A DNA stretch of 64,000 nt from Candidatus Bathyarchaeota archaeon. Its GTDB lineage: Archaea; Thermoproteota; Bathyarchaeia; Bathyarchaeales; Bathycorpusculaceae. The notes beneath the pieces were generated by a model. That model did no database searches. It was not told where the DNA came from and saw only the letters and a list, made by a program, of their open reading frames with translations. Within the stretch, counting starts at the first letter, position 1. Every line of letters begins with the position of its first letter. Shown here piece by piece: positions 1 through 10,104 of the stretch. Location of the stretch: assembly GCA_963767735.1 (NCBI GenBank), contig CAVYES010000006.1, forward strand, positions 64,001-128,000. The letters run 5' to 3'. Made by a program: the position numbers and the translations under genes.

Positions 1-2
1 AG

Positions 3-734
3 GCAAGCGCTCATCGCATGGAAAAAGATGTTCCTTTACTCATTCCAGAGATTAACCCTGATCATGTGGATTTAATTAAGATTCAGCAGAAGTCGCGAGG
101 TTGGAAAGGCTTCATAACGACTGATCCAAACTGTAGCACTATCCAACTTGCAATTTCGCTAAAGCCTTTGATGCAGTTTGGCTTAAAGCAAATTATTGTT
201 TCCACCATGCAGGCGCTTAGTGGAGCAGGATACCCGGGTGTTCCATCTTTAGATATAATCGACAATGTTGTTCCCTTCATCTCAGGCGAAGAAGAGAAAA
301 TGGAGGCGGAAGCCCTAAAAATACTTGGCTCCTTCAACGGCAAAGTTGTCCAAAACGCTGATTTCAAGCTTAGCGCAAGCTGCAACAGAGTTCATGTAAA
401 GGATGGCCATTTAGAATCAGTCTTCATCAAGCTCGCAGAGGACCCCTCAATAAAAGAAATAGAAGCTGCCTTTGCCAACTTTAGCGGCGAACCGCAAAAG
501 CTCAAATTGCCCTCTGCTCCGAAAAATCCAATCGTGGTTCGGCATGAGAAAAACAGGCCTCAACCTCGTTTTGACCGAGATACAGGCTGCGGAATGAGCG
601 TTGTAGTTGGCAGAATTCGCAAGGACCCCATTATGACTTTCAAGTACATGTGTCTTGGACACAATACCATTAGGGGCGGTGCAGGCGCAGGCATTCTGAG
701 CGCTGAGCTCTTTGTAGCAAAAGGTTTAGCTTAA
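3..734 (+). CDS. asd: Aspartate-semialdehyde dehydrogenase, 5'-truncated by window edge
   Basis: The frame is open from the window start (ASAHRMEKDVPL). Catalytic PNCST, plus QALSGAG, EEEKM and HNTIRGGAG motifs. Heads a DAP operon. Confidence 0.95.
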   Translation, partial: ASAHRMEKDVPLLIPEINPDHVDLIKIQQKSRGWKGFITTDPNCSTIQLAISLKPLMQFGLKQIIVSTMQALSGAGYPGVPSLDIIDNVVPFISGEEEKMEAEALKILGSFNGKVVQNADFKLSASCNRVHVKDGHLESVFIKLAEDPSIKEIEAAFANFSGEPQKLKLPSAPKNPIVVRHEKNRPQPRFDRDTGCGMSVVVGRIRKDPIMTFKYMCLGHNTIRGGAGAGILSAELFVAKGLA

Positions 735-772
735 CTAATGCTCAAAATAACGCATTCACTGGTGTAGACAAC

Positions 773-2056
773 ATGGTAAAGAGAAAGCTTCGTGAACCTT
801 TAGAAGACCGAAAAGGAAACTTGTTCTTCGACGGCGTTTCGGTTAAGGAATTAGCAGAAAAATACGATACGCCCCTGTACGTGGTAAGTGAGAAACGCAT
901 CAGGGATAATTATAATCGGATTTATGACGCGCTAATCCGTAATTACAAGTACGTGCGGGTTTATTATGCTGCAAAAGCCAACTCCAACCTCACAGTCCTG
1001 AGGATTCTCCAGTCACAAGGGGCATACTTAGACACTGTCAGCCCTGGCGAAGTGTTCATGGGCTTAATCAGCGGGTATACGCAAGACCGCATAATGTTTA
1101 CAGGAACCAGCGTCCGAAACGACGAATTAAAAATGTTAGCAGACGCCAACATCACTGTAAATGTGGATTCTCAACCAGAGCTAGATAGGCTGCTAAAGAT
1201 TGGTGTGCCCCAGATTTTGTCAGTGCGTGTTAACCCCGAAATCGGCGCCGGCCATCACAGCCACTGCATCACGGCTGGGCCAGACTCAAAATTTGGGCTT
1301 TGGGAAGAAGAAACAATACAGGCTTATGCGATTGCTAAGAGAGCAAGAGTGGAACGCTTTGGCATTCACATGCACATTGGCTCAGGCATCCTTGGCGTGG
1401 AGCCTTATGTTTTGGCGGTGGATAAGCTGTTGAGCATAGCTAAACGTGTTCACGACGAAGTAGGCATAGATTTCGAATTTATCGATATCGGCGGCGGATT
1501 TGGAGTACCTTACAAGCCAGAAGACAAAGAATTTGATTTAGCTGAATTTGCCGCAAAAGTGGTAGCGCCGTTCAAAGGCAAAGTTGCTGAGTATGGTCTC
1601 GGTAAACCATTTTTGTGCATTGAGCCAGGCAGATACTTGGTCTGCGACGCAAGTATCCTCTTAACAACCGTTAACACTGTCAAGGTTACACCTTCAAAAA
1701 AATTCGTTGAAGTAGACGCTGGCTTCAACACATTGGTTAGGCCAACGATGTACGGATCCTACCATCCAATACTAGTTTCAAACAAGCTCGCATTAGCAGA
1801 TAAAGAAACCTACGATGTGGTTGGTCCAATTTGCGAGTCGGGTGATTCTTTAGCCAAAGATCGGACATTGCCCCAGGTTGAAGAAGGTGACTTACTGGCG
1901 GTTTTGAATGCTGGTGCATACGGTTTCAGCATGAGTTCACAATACAACGCAAGACCACGCGCTGCAGAAGTCCTGATTAGGCAAGGTAAACCCGTGGTGA
2001 TTAGGGAACGCGAGCAGCTTGATAATTTAACGGCTAATCAACGGACGGCAGAGTAA
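773..2056 (+). CDS. lysA: Diaminopimelate decarboxylase
   Basis: YAAKAN (PLP lysine), HMHIGS, DIGGGFG, EPGRYLV, GPICESGD, GAYGFSMSSQYN. Confidence 0.96.
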   Translation: MVKRKLREPLEDRKGNLFFDGVSVKELAEKYDTPLYVVSEKRIRDNYNRIYDALIRNYKYVRVYYAAKANSNLTVLRILQSQGAYLDTVSPGEVFMGLISGYTQDRIMFTGTSVRNDELKMLADANITVNVDSQPELDRLLKIGVPQILSVRVNPEIGAGHHSHCITAGPDSKFGLWEEETIQAYAIAKRARVERFGIHMHIGSGILGVEPYVLAVDKLLSIAKRVHDEVGIDFEFIDIGGGFGVPYKPEDKEFDLAEFAAKVVAPFKGKVAEYGLGKPFLCIEPGRYLVCDASILLTTVNTVKVTPSKKFVEVDAGFNTLVRPTMYGSYHPILVSNKLALADKETYDVVGPICESGDSLAKDRTLPQVEEGDLLAVLNAGAYGFSMSSQYNARPRAAEVLIRQGKPVVIREREQLDNLTANQRTAE

Positions 2057-2058
2057 CC

Positions 2059-2901
2059 GTGACTCGTTTTTGGAAGATGCATGGTTTAGGAAACGACTAC
2101 ATAGTGATCGACAACAGGGGCGAGAAAATTAGCGGTGCACAAGCTGCAGAATTAGCTAAGAGGCTTTGTGTAAGGCGCTTCTCGGTTGGAGCGGATGGTC
2201 TTTTGTTGGCTTCTTACTCTAAAGCTGCTGATGTTAAAATGAGGATTTTCAACGCTGACGGCAGCGAAGCAGAAATGTGCGGCAACGGAATAAGATGTCT
2301 TGCTAAGTACTGCTACGAAAACAGCATCGTGCCAAAGCAAGAGTTCACAGTTGAAACACTTTCAGGCTTAAAGCATGTATGGTTAACAATAAAGGAACGA
2401 GAGGTTAGTGCTGTCAAGGTGGATATGGGAGCGCCAAACTGGGAAAGAAGCTCCCTTCCCATGCTCGGACAAGGCACATTCATCAACGAGGACTTAGAAA
2501 TCAAAGGTGAAATCTACAAAGCAACATGCCTCTCAATTGGCAATCCTCACTGCGTAACATTCGTTAACCAAGCAGACAGTTTCCCAGTGGAGCTTGTCGG
2601 TCCAGAAATTGAGAACTATAAGGTATTTCCGAAAAGAACCAATGTCAGCTTCGTTCAAGTCCTAAACCAAAACGAGTTGAAAGTTCGTATTTGGGAGCGG
2701 GGTTGCGGCGAAACATTAGCGTGTGGTACTGGAGCCTGTGCTGCTGTGGCTGTTGCAAACAAGCTTGGAAAAGTGGGAAACAAAGTTACCGTACATGTCT
2801 TGGGCGGCGACTTGCAGGTGGAAGTGGCTGACGGCTTGTTTTTGAGTGGTGCAGCCGAAAAAGTTTTTGAAGGAACGCTGTTTGGAGAGGTCTCAACATG
2901 A
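2059..2901 (+). CDS. dapF: Diaminopimelate epimerase
   Basis: KMHGLGNDY, NADGSEAEMCGNGIRC, GNPH, ERGCGETLACGTGAC. Confidence 0.97.
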   Translation: MTRFWKMHGLGNDYIVIDNRGEKISGAQAAELAKRLCVRRFSVGADGLLLASYSKAADVKMRIFNADGSEAEMCGNGIRCLAKYCYENSIVPKQEFTVETLSGLKHVWLTIKEREVSAVKVDMGAPNWERSSLPMLGQGTFINEDLEIKGEIYKATCLSIGNPHCVTFVNQADSFPVELVGPEIENYKVFPKRTNVSFVQVLNQNELKVRIWERGCGETLACGTGACAAVAVANKLGKVGNKVTVHVLGGDLQVEVADGLFLSGAAEKVFEGTLFGEVST

Positions 2902-4058
2902 CGTTTGAATATGCAGAGAGAATAAAGCGTTTGCCGCCATACCTGTTTGTTGAAATTGAGAAACAAATTAAAGAAAAAAGGGCTCAAGGCATAGACTTAA
3001 TTTCGCTTAGCATCGGCGACCCCGACCTTCCGCCTCCAAACTTCATCTTAGACGCGCTCAAAGAAGAGGCGGCTAATCCAAAGAACCATAATTACTCCTT
3101 CAGCCAAGGCGAACCAGACTTCCGGGAAGCAGTCGCGAACTGGTACAAGAAACGATTCAGCGTTGACCTGCAACATGACCAAGTGGTCGCGCTTTTAGGA
3201 TCCAAAGAAGGTATAGCAAACATCGCACGCGCATTCATAAACCCTGGCGATCGCGTGTTTGTTCCTGACCCTGCTTACCCCGTGTATGCCAACGGAAGCA
3301 CGATTCTTTGTGATGGCACAACGGTGCCGTTACCGTTATTCGAGGAAAACGGGTTCAAGCCAGACTTTGAAGCAGTTAAGCCAAAGGACATTAAGATGAT
3401 GTTTCTCAATTATCCCAACAACCCGACGGCAGCTACAGTTGACAAAGACTTTCTCAAAGAAGCAGTAGACTTCGCCAAAGACAACGGCATTATCCTCTGC
3501 TATGACAACGCCTACTCCGAAGTAACCTACGACGGCTACCGAGCCCCAAGCATACTGGAAGTAGACGGCGCCATGGATGTTGCAATTGAATTCCACTCAC
3601 TTTCAAAAACCTTCAACATGACAGGCGACCGCATCGGCTTCGCAGTTGGAAACAAGCAACTCGTCAGCGGCTTAACCAAGGTTAAATCGCAAATAGATTC
3701 TGGACCGCCCGTTTACACCCAGAAAGTCGCAGTTAAAGCCTTAGCCGCCTACACAAGCCGCGAACCGCTTGAGTTCCTAAAGAAAAACAACCAAATTCTG
3801 CAGGAACGCCGCGACCTGCTTGTTGAAACACTCTGCAAAATAGGCTACAAATGCGAGAAGCCCAAAGCAACCTTTTACGTTTGGGTTAACTGCAAAGGTG
3901 ACTCAATGCAATTCGCAACTAAACTGCTTAATGCTGGTGTGGCTGTTACGCCAGGCATCGGATTTGGCATGCACGGCGAAGGCTACGCGCGAATAACGTT
4001 TAATCAGCCCAAAGAACGCATAGTTGAAGCCTGTAATAGAATCGCCAGCGCACTCTGA
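2898..4058 (+). CDS. dapL: LL-diaminopimelate aminotransferase (class I/II PLP aminotransferase)
   Basis: LPPYLF, GSKEG, NYPNNPT, DNAYSE, SLSKTFNMTG-R-G. Overlaps dapF at ATGA in a DAP operon. Confidence 0.85.
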   Translation: MTFEYAERIKRLPPYLFVEIEKQIKEKRAQGIDLISLSIGDPDLPPPNFILDALKEEAANPKNHNYSFSQGEPDFREAVANWYKKRFSVDLQHDQVVALLGSKEGIANIARAFINPGDRVFVPDPAYPVYANGSTILCDGTTVPLPLFEENGFKPDFEAVKPKDIKMMFLNYPNNPTAATVDKDFLKEAVDFAKDNGIILCYDNAYSEVTYDGYRAPSILEVDGAMDVAIEFHSLSKTFNMTGDRIGFAVGNKQLVSGLTKVKSQIDSGPPVYTQKVAVKALAAYTSREPLEFLKKNNQILQERRDLLVETLCKIGYKCEKPKATFYVWVNCKGDSMQFATKLLNAGVAVTPGIGFGMHGEGYARITFNQPKERIVEACNRIASAL

Positions 4059-4286
4059 CAGTTTTTCCTTTTCTTTGAGGATATTTTATTAATTCTTAAA
4101 GGCGTCTCTCTACTTTATTGGAAATTGTGATCTCACTTACAGTTAGACCATGCGTTTCGGCCGCTTTTGCTATGAAAAAGCATTTTTCTGAAATTGACGT
4201 TTTCGCACCGTTGCGTTTAGCAATAAGTTAATACAGTATATACTCAAATGTGGTTAATTATATAAATTAAGACGCGTATATGCAGG

Positions 4287-5315
4287 TTGAGGGATAGTAT
4301 GGAACGAAGGGTTATGTCGCTTGGCAGATCTTCTTTGGTTATTTCTCTTCCCAAAAATTGGATGCAGCTAAACGAATTAAAGAAAGGCGATGTTGTCTCA
4401 TTTGCCATCCAACGCGACCGCTCTTTGGTTATTTATCCTGGCGCGAAGAAAAAGACAGAGGCAAAAGAGACAACGCTCCGCATTGACACAAATGAAGACG
4501 AGCTGCTGATTACGATGAAGATAGTGGGCTGCTACCTAAACGGGTACAGCGGAATCACCCTCATCTCAGAAAAGGTTTTTTCCGTTCCGCAGATGAAGGC
4601 AATCCGCAAAGCCGCGGGAATGTTATACCTAAGAATTATGGAGTCTAACTCTAAGGGTGTTTTCATTCAAACCTTAATGGACGAAACCAAAGCAGATCTA
4701 AAGCAAACTGTACTCAGGTTGCATATGATCTCCCAGTCAATGGAGGAGGATGCGATTAAATCGCTGAAAAACAAAGACATAGCCTTGGCAAAAGCTGTTT
4801 TCTCCCTCGACGATGATGTGTACCATTTCGTCTATTTCCTTCTTAGAGTGCTTCGCGATGCTGTTCAAGGCTCAGCTTTGGCAAATGAGTTTAGGCTCGA
4901 CCCGTTGGAATGTATGGATTATCAGACCTTGGTTTACATGATGCGTGATGTGGCAGACAATTCAGCGGAAATAGCGCGGCACGTAATAATGCTGAATGGG
5001 ATTAAACAGGATATTCCTGAGAATGTATTGGAGCTGATGTTCATCGCAGGAAATGAAGCTTTGAATTTATATGTAAAAGCGGTAGACACTTTCTTTTCGA
5101 AGGATATCTCAAAATCAGTTGAGATACTTAGGCAACGAGAAGAAATAGCGAAGTTGGATTCGGAAATAGCCTCCAGAGCATTCGCAGAAAAACAACAAAA
5201 TGAGCAATTGATTTGCGCAATCTGCTCCATTAGAGATAGCATAAAAAGAATTGCGGACTGTGCCGCAAGCGTAGCAAGGATCGCAATAAATCGCGAATTT
5301 ATCTTATCTACTTAG
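4287..5315 (+). CDS. AbrB/PhoU-domain archaeal transcriptional regulator
   Basis: N-terminal RRVMSLGRSSLVISLPKNW AbrB-like motif followed by two PhoU-like helical repeats. The start may be the ATG at 4299. Confidence 0.85.
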   Translation: MRDSMERRVMSLGRSSLVISLPKNWMQLNELKKGDVVSFAIQRDRSLVIYPGAKKKTEAKETTLRIDTNEDELLITMKIVGCYLNGYSGITLISEKVFSVPQMKAIRKAAGMLYLRIMESNSKGVFIQTLMDETKADLKQTVLRLHMISQSMEEDAIKSLKNKDIALAKAVFSLDDDVYHFVYFLLRVLRDAVQGSALANEFRLDPLECMDYQTLVYMMRDVADNSAEIARHVIMLNGIKQDIPENVLELMFIAGNEALNLYVKAVDTFFSKDISKSVEILRQREEIAKLDSEIASRAFAEKQQNEQLICAICSIRDSIKRIADCAASVARIAINREFILST

Positions 5316-7041
5316 ATACAGGATTTTTTGATGGCGGATAGCTCAAAGTCAGCGTCAACTTGCTCGGGAACAGCTCTTTAGTCAATAGTTTTCGTGCAAG
5401 TGGCAGATCGGTGTTGTAGTTGTATACTTCTTTTCCGTTGGATCGTGCGTCGCGTAGAATCTCTTTTTCAAGTTTGTGTTTTAGATCTCCAACTGTAAGT
5501 GCTCCGATTGTGAAGATTCCAGGCAGCATTTCTCGCATGTCATCTTTTAATTCTATTCCTTCGACTCCGAATGGCGGTACTGCATTTATGTCAAGTAGGA
5601 CCTTCATGGTTTTGACTTCATTCAGCATTTCTTTGTCTATGATGCGAACGCCCATTACTCCTGCGCACATCACTACATCGGCTTTCTTTATGATCTCAAT
5701 TTTCGAAGCTGGAGTTGGCGCGAATATGCCTTCCACTTGAACGCCGTGATCCTTGGCTAATAGTTTAGCTATGCCCTCAGCGTGTTCTTTTCCGTCAACG
5801 CGTTTCGGATTAAGACTGGCAATCATTACTTTGCATCCCATTTTAGCCAAGAGAACAGCAGCTATTTGTCCTACTGCACCTGTGCCTAGGATAGCGACGG
5901 TTTTAGTTTTCAATTCCCCAAGTTTGCTTGCTTCGAGAGCATTTTCGGCTTTTGCTACCATGGCGGCGGCAGTTGTATATGCACCAGCTGGGTCAACGAT
6001 TATGCTTGCTTTGAATGGTGGAAACATCGCATCTTTCATAACTTCAAAGACTTGTTCGGCTCTTTCAGCATTTTTCCCTCCGATCAGAAAGCAGGTGTGC
6101 TTAACTGCCTTGGGTCCTCTGGAGAGTAAAGCGTCCATCACTATACTTTTGACGTCTTCAGGAATGATGTTCTGGTAAGGAACGACTGCATTGTATCCAG
6201 CATCGTAGGCCATGCAGATGTCAAATGGACTTGCTTTAACGTCGGTGTCGAGGTAGAACAGCAGGTATGGCGCGTTTTCAGCTGCTTTTCCGACAACGGG
6301 CTTAACCTGAATCTGCATTGATTGGAGCCAGTTTTCCATTTCCATTGAAGATGGGGTTTCAACCTGAGTTGAGATTATTCTTTTGGAGAGTTTTGCGATT
6401 TCGACATTAGCGTTGACCGATTCCAGCATTTGCTTAACTCCAGCAACGTGCTCGGGGCTGCAAATGTGCAGGCATGTTATCTCGTCTTTGTTCTTGATTT
6501 CTCTTGCGCGCTCCATTATATCCATGACCATCCAGCTTTCTCTTACTGAGAAATTGACTTCGCGTTCTTGTTCCTCTATTTCGGATTGTAAACTCTGGCC
6601 GTATGCAACGAGGTAGTCTCTCTCTGTGGAATCGTCGCTTTTTTGTCTGTTTAGGTTTTCTATGTTCTTGATTATGCTGTCTCTTAATGCTGTTTTTTTG
6701 TCAAAAGCAGATTCAAGATAGGTTTTAGCTTCGCTGTCTATGTCAACGGGGAAGAAGGGTATGCTGCTTTTTTTGAACACGTCGGCTAAGATGTTATCTT
6801 CGAAGAATTCCTTTTGAGATCGATTGCCTAGCTCTTCCGTGACGAAGTCTATATTTACTTTGGCAACCACGTTCTCGACGAATTTGTAGAAGCCAATTGA
6901 TGGTTTTTGGAGAGCTTTTAGGCTATCTTGCTTTGCGGAGAAAGATTTTTCTAAAAGCTGAAAAGGTTCATTGTATTCTTTTTCCTGTATCATTACTGTT
7001 AAATTCTTTTTTTCAAGAGGTTTTACTTCAAGTACTTTCAT
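5308..7041 (-). CDS. NAD(P)-dependent methylene-H4MPT dehydrogenase (MtdB/MtdA family) with ~250-aa N-terminal extra domain
   Basis: The C-terminal ~320 aa carry SPFDICMAYDAG, DPAGAYTTAAAMV, GTGAVG, DINAVPP and IGALTVGDLK, typical of the MtdA/B/C family. Confidence 0.8.
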   Translation of the reverse strand: MKVLEVKPLEKKNLTVMIQEKEYNEPFQLLEKSFSAKQDSLKALQKPSIGFYKFVENVVAKVNIDFVTEELGNRSQKEFFEDNILADVFKKSSIPFFPVDIDSEAKTYLESAFDKKTALRDSIIKNIENLNRQKSDDSTERDYLVAYGQSLQSEIEEQEREVNFSVRESWMVMDIMERAREIKNKDEITCLHICSPEHVAGVKQMLESVNANVEIAKLSKRIISTQVETPSSMEMENWLQSMQIQVKPVVGKAAENAPYLLFYLDTDVKASPFDICMAYDAGYNAVVPYQNIIPEDVKSIVMDALLSRGPKAVKHTCFLIGGKNAERAEQVFEVMKDAMFPPFKASIIVDPAGAYTTAAAMVAKAENALEASKLGELKTKTVAILGTGAVGQIAAVLLAKMGCKVMIASLNPKRVDGKEHAEGIAKLLAKDHGVQVEGIFAPTPASKIEIIKKADVVMCAGVMGVRIIDKEMLNEVKTMKVLLDINAVPPFGVEGIELKDDMREMLPGIFTIGALTVGDLKHKLEKEILRDARSNGKEVYNYNTDLPLARKLLTKELFPSKLTLTLSYPPSKNPVSK

Positions 7042-7143
7042 GTTTTTTGCCTCCTTATTATTGGTTTTACTAGTATGGAGGCGAAAATATATACTTAGTC
7101 GAAATATTGTATATGCAGATATATACGGTATATACAGTTTGCT

Positions 7144-8022
7144 TTACTGTATACCGCTTTTTTCATAAAATTCTTGGGGCAAAGTCGGCGACAACATTAG
7201 TTCAGTCTTGACTTTTTGCCTGCCATCTTTCGAGTGAGGTTTCCTAATCAAAGTGTCATTATATTTCTCAATTTCCCGAGCTTCTTCAGCTAATCTCGCA
7301 GCTGCTTGAGCTATCTCATGCGCGCAGGCAACTAAGGGAATGTACTTCTCGCTTTCTTTCTCCATGAAACATGCTTGAGTATCTACCTCTGCAATTTTCT
7401 CCGCCATCCCGTAAGCAGCCATTGATTTCGCTTTTGCATACGGATTATTGAAAGTCGAATTGTCTCGTACTGCATTCATGTCAATTACCACTTTAGGAAG
7501 AGTTGGAGTCTGATTGGTTTCAAGCGCATAGATCACTTTATCAATTTCTTGTTGAACAATCCTGTAAACGCCGGTAATCGCAAGTATTTTGTTGACGTTT
7601 GAATTGAATATCGCCATTTCAATAGGATCCAAGAATTCTTTTCTGGCTCCTATCAATGGATCACCAGTGATGATTATATAGCCTAATCCTTGACTTTCCA
7701 TTTCTGCTTTTGCCCGTTTTGCTGGAAAATCGGAGATCACAATGCCTGGCCGACCGCTTTTTGAAATTAGCTCTCTAGCCTTTGCCGGTCCCGGTAAAGC
7801 GGTGTTAGGTGAAATTACGACAAAAACATCTGGGTTGAATTCAAAGATTTTCGGCAAGGCGTCCTCGACATCTTCAAGACCCATTTTCGAACCCGTCGTA
7901 ACTGTTCGAACTTTGATGTCTTTTCGGTCAGCTAATTCATCGAGGAGAAGTTCAAGATTTGGTGATGTTCCAATGTTTCCACACTTAAAAATTCCGATCT
8001 TTTTAGGTTGTTGTTCAGCCAA
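7144..8022 (-). CDS. mtd: F420-dependent methylene-H4MPT dehydrogenase
   Basis: KCGNIGTS, LLDELADR, GSKM, SPNxxxPGP, IGARKEFLDPxEMAIFN, RKPH. Confidence 0.93.
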   Translation of the reverse strand: MAEQQPKKIGIFKCGNIGTSPNLELLLDELADRKDIKVRTVTTGSKMGLEDVEDALPKIFEFNPDVFVVISPNTALPGPAKARELISKSGRPGIVISDFPAKRAKAEMESQGLGYIIITGDPLIGARKEFLDPIEMAIFNSNVNKILAITGVYRIVQQEIDKVIYALETNQTPTLPKVVIDMNAVRDNSTFNNPYAKAKSMAAYGMAEKIAEVDTQACFMEKESEKYIPLVACAHEIAQAAARLAEEAREIEKYNDTLIRKPHSKDGRQKVKTELMLSPTLPQEFYEKSGIQ

Positions 8023-8331
8023 TTTAACTCTCTGCTCCTTGGTACTTAAGATTTTACGCCCGATTAGCTTTTAAAGTTTTCATAATTCGTATTCCTCACA
8101 AAACTGTTCGTTTAATTTTCATTGCAAAGCGATTTGAAGAAGTACTGTAACATTAAAGTCAACAACAAGCTTCGGCAGTATCCCAACAGCTCAAGATCGT
8201 TAAACAAGAACTCTTGCTACTAGGTTTAGAATAAAATAAATTTCTTAACTTGAAACTTGTGCACCGCAATTGTTTAATAAGTTAGATTTCAGAGTTCTAT
8301 CCATTGAAACTCAAGAAGGGAAGGTATCAAT

Positions 8332-9375
8332 ATGTCAATAAACGGGAATTTAGAGAAACTCTCAAATGCTTGTGGAGTAACAGGCAGAGAAAGCGAAGTC
8401 AGAGAATTAATGATTCGGCTAATGACTCCCTACACGGATGAGATAGTTGTTGACAAACTTGAAAACGTAATCGCCATCAAAAAAGGCAAATCTGCCGCCC
8501 CAAAAATTATGCTTGCCGCTCACATGGACGAAGTCGGCTTAATGGTGAAAACCATCACTAAAGACGGTTTTCTGCAATTCACTAAAATGGGCGGAATAGA
8601 CGACCGCATCTTACCCGCTCAAAAAGTCACAATTTACTCAAGAAAAGGCATTTTCCCCGGTATAATCGGCTCAAAACCTCCGCATATTCAGAAAGAGGAG
8701 GAGCGGAAAAAAATTATAGCCTTCGACGAACTTTTCATCGATATCGGAGCCGAAAGCAAGGAAGACGCTACCGCAATGGGCGTAGCGGTCGGTGATCCAG
8801 TGGGCTTTGACATAAAATATGTTCCGTTAGGCAGGGATATCGTAATCGGCAAAGCTTTTGATAACCGAGCTGGCTGCGTTACAATGGTTGAAGCTCTAAA
8901 ATTAATGGAAAAGACCGATTATACTGTTTGCGCCGTTGGCACTGTTCAGGAAGAAGTAGGCTTACGTGGTGCCGCAACAGCAGCTTTCGGTGTTGACCCT
9001 GACTTAGCAATAGCGCTTGACGTGACCATAGCGGGTGACGTTCCTGGCGTAAGAGAATTCGACACTAGCGTTAAGATGGGTAAAGGTCCGGCACTTACAA
9101 TTTCAGATTCGGGGTTGATTACTCATCCCAAGGTTTTGCGTTGGCTTTTGGACACGGCGGAAGAAGAAAAAATCCCTTTCCAGCTTGAAACGGGATTACT
9201 CGGGTCAACTGATGCAGCAAGAATTTCCATAACCAGACAGGGCATTCCAAGCGGCAACATATCTATACCCACAAGATATATTCACAGCCCAGTCGGTATG
9301 CTATGCTTAAAGGACATAGAGAACTCGGCTAAGCTTACTGTTGCAGCGATCCAAAGAATTTCAAAATATTTCTAA
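8332..9375 (+). CDS. M42 family (TET-like) aminopeptidase
   Basis: AAHMDEVG, GKAFDNR, QEEVGLRGA, RYIHSP metal-binding motifs. Confidence 0.93.
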   Translation: MSINGNLEKLSNACGVTGRESEVRELMIRLMTPYTDEIVVDKLENVIAIKKGKSAAPKIMLAAHMDEVGLMVKTITKDGFLQFTKMGGIDDRILPAQKVTIYSRKGIFPGIIGSKPPHIQKEEERKKIIAFDELFIDIGAESKEDATAMGVAVGDPVGFDIKYVPLGRDIVIGKAFDNRAGCVTMVEALKLMEKTDYTVCAVGTVQEEVGLRGAATAAFGVDPDLAIALDVTIAGDVPGVREFDTSVKMGKGPALTISDSGLITHPKVLRWLLDTAEEEKIPFQLETGLLGSTDAARISITRQGIPSGNISIPTRYIHSPVGMLCLKDIENSAKLTVAAIQRISKYF

Positions 9376-9453
9376 ACTTTCCCTCTGGGTATGATGCATC
9401 AGCGAAAGCATTTTTAAACAAACACTCTTCTTATCCTATTGTTGGCTTAAGTT

Positions 9454-9903
9454 ATGAGCACGACGGAGAAATTTGCTGGAAAATTCGAGTTTTTAGAACA
9501 TACCGCTGACGTTTACATTCGAGCGCATGGCACAACAATGGAGGAAGCATATGAAAACGCGGCGCTTGCAATGTTTGAAGTTATGACCGATACTGATAAA
9601 ATCACCCCGATGCAAGAGGAAACATTAGAGGTTGAAGCCGAGGACCAATACGCGCTGCTCTATAGTTGGCTTGAAGAGTTGCTTGTTAAATTTGAAACGG
9701 AAAACATGCTTTTTTCAAAATTCCAGATAACAAACTGGGAAGAAACAGATGAAAATTTCAAAATTAAGGCGAAAGTTTTTGGGGAAAAATTTGATTCCCA
9801 AAAGCACCCGCAAAGGGTTGCTGTTAAAGCTGCAACTTATCATAGAATGGTGATTATAAGGGAAAGAGATCGTGTTATCTTAGAGTTCATCTTAGATATT
9901 TAA
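9454..9903 (+). CDS. Archease (RtcB cofactor)
   Basis: FEFLEHTADV, VKAATYH, C-terminal FILDI. Confidence 0.95.
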   Translation: MSTTEKFAGKFEFLEHTADVYIRAHGTTMEEAYENAALAMFEVMTDTDKITPMQEETLEVEAEDQYALLYSWLEELLVKFETENMLFSKFQITNWEETDENFKIKAKVFGEKFDSQKHPQRVAVKAATYHRMVIIRERDRVILEFILDI

Positions 9904-10104
9904 AGAATCAAAAACACAAAAATCACCATGTCGAAGCATGAACTTCGCTCAAATTAAAATCGGGCGATTTTTCCGAAGCGTTAGTAGCCGTTCCACCAGG
10001 ACGTGATTGATGCATTCTCAATTGGGGTTCGCCGGATTTGTGTATTGAAAAAAAATCTGCACTTCAAGAATGTGGAGAAAAATGATTCTTGAATTTTTTG
10101 GTAT

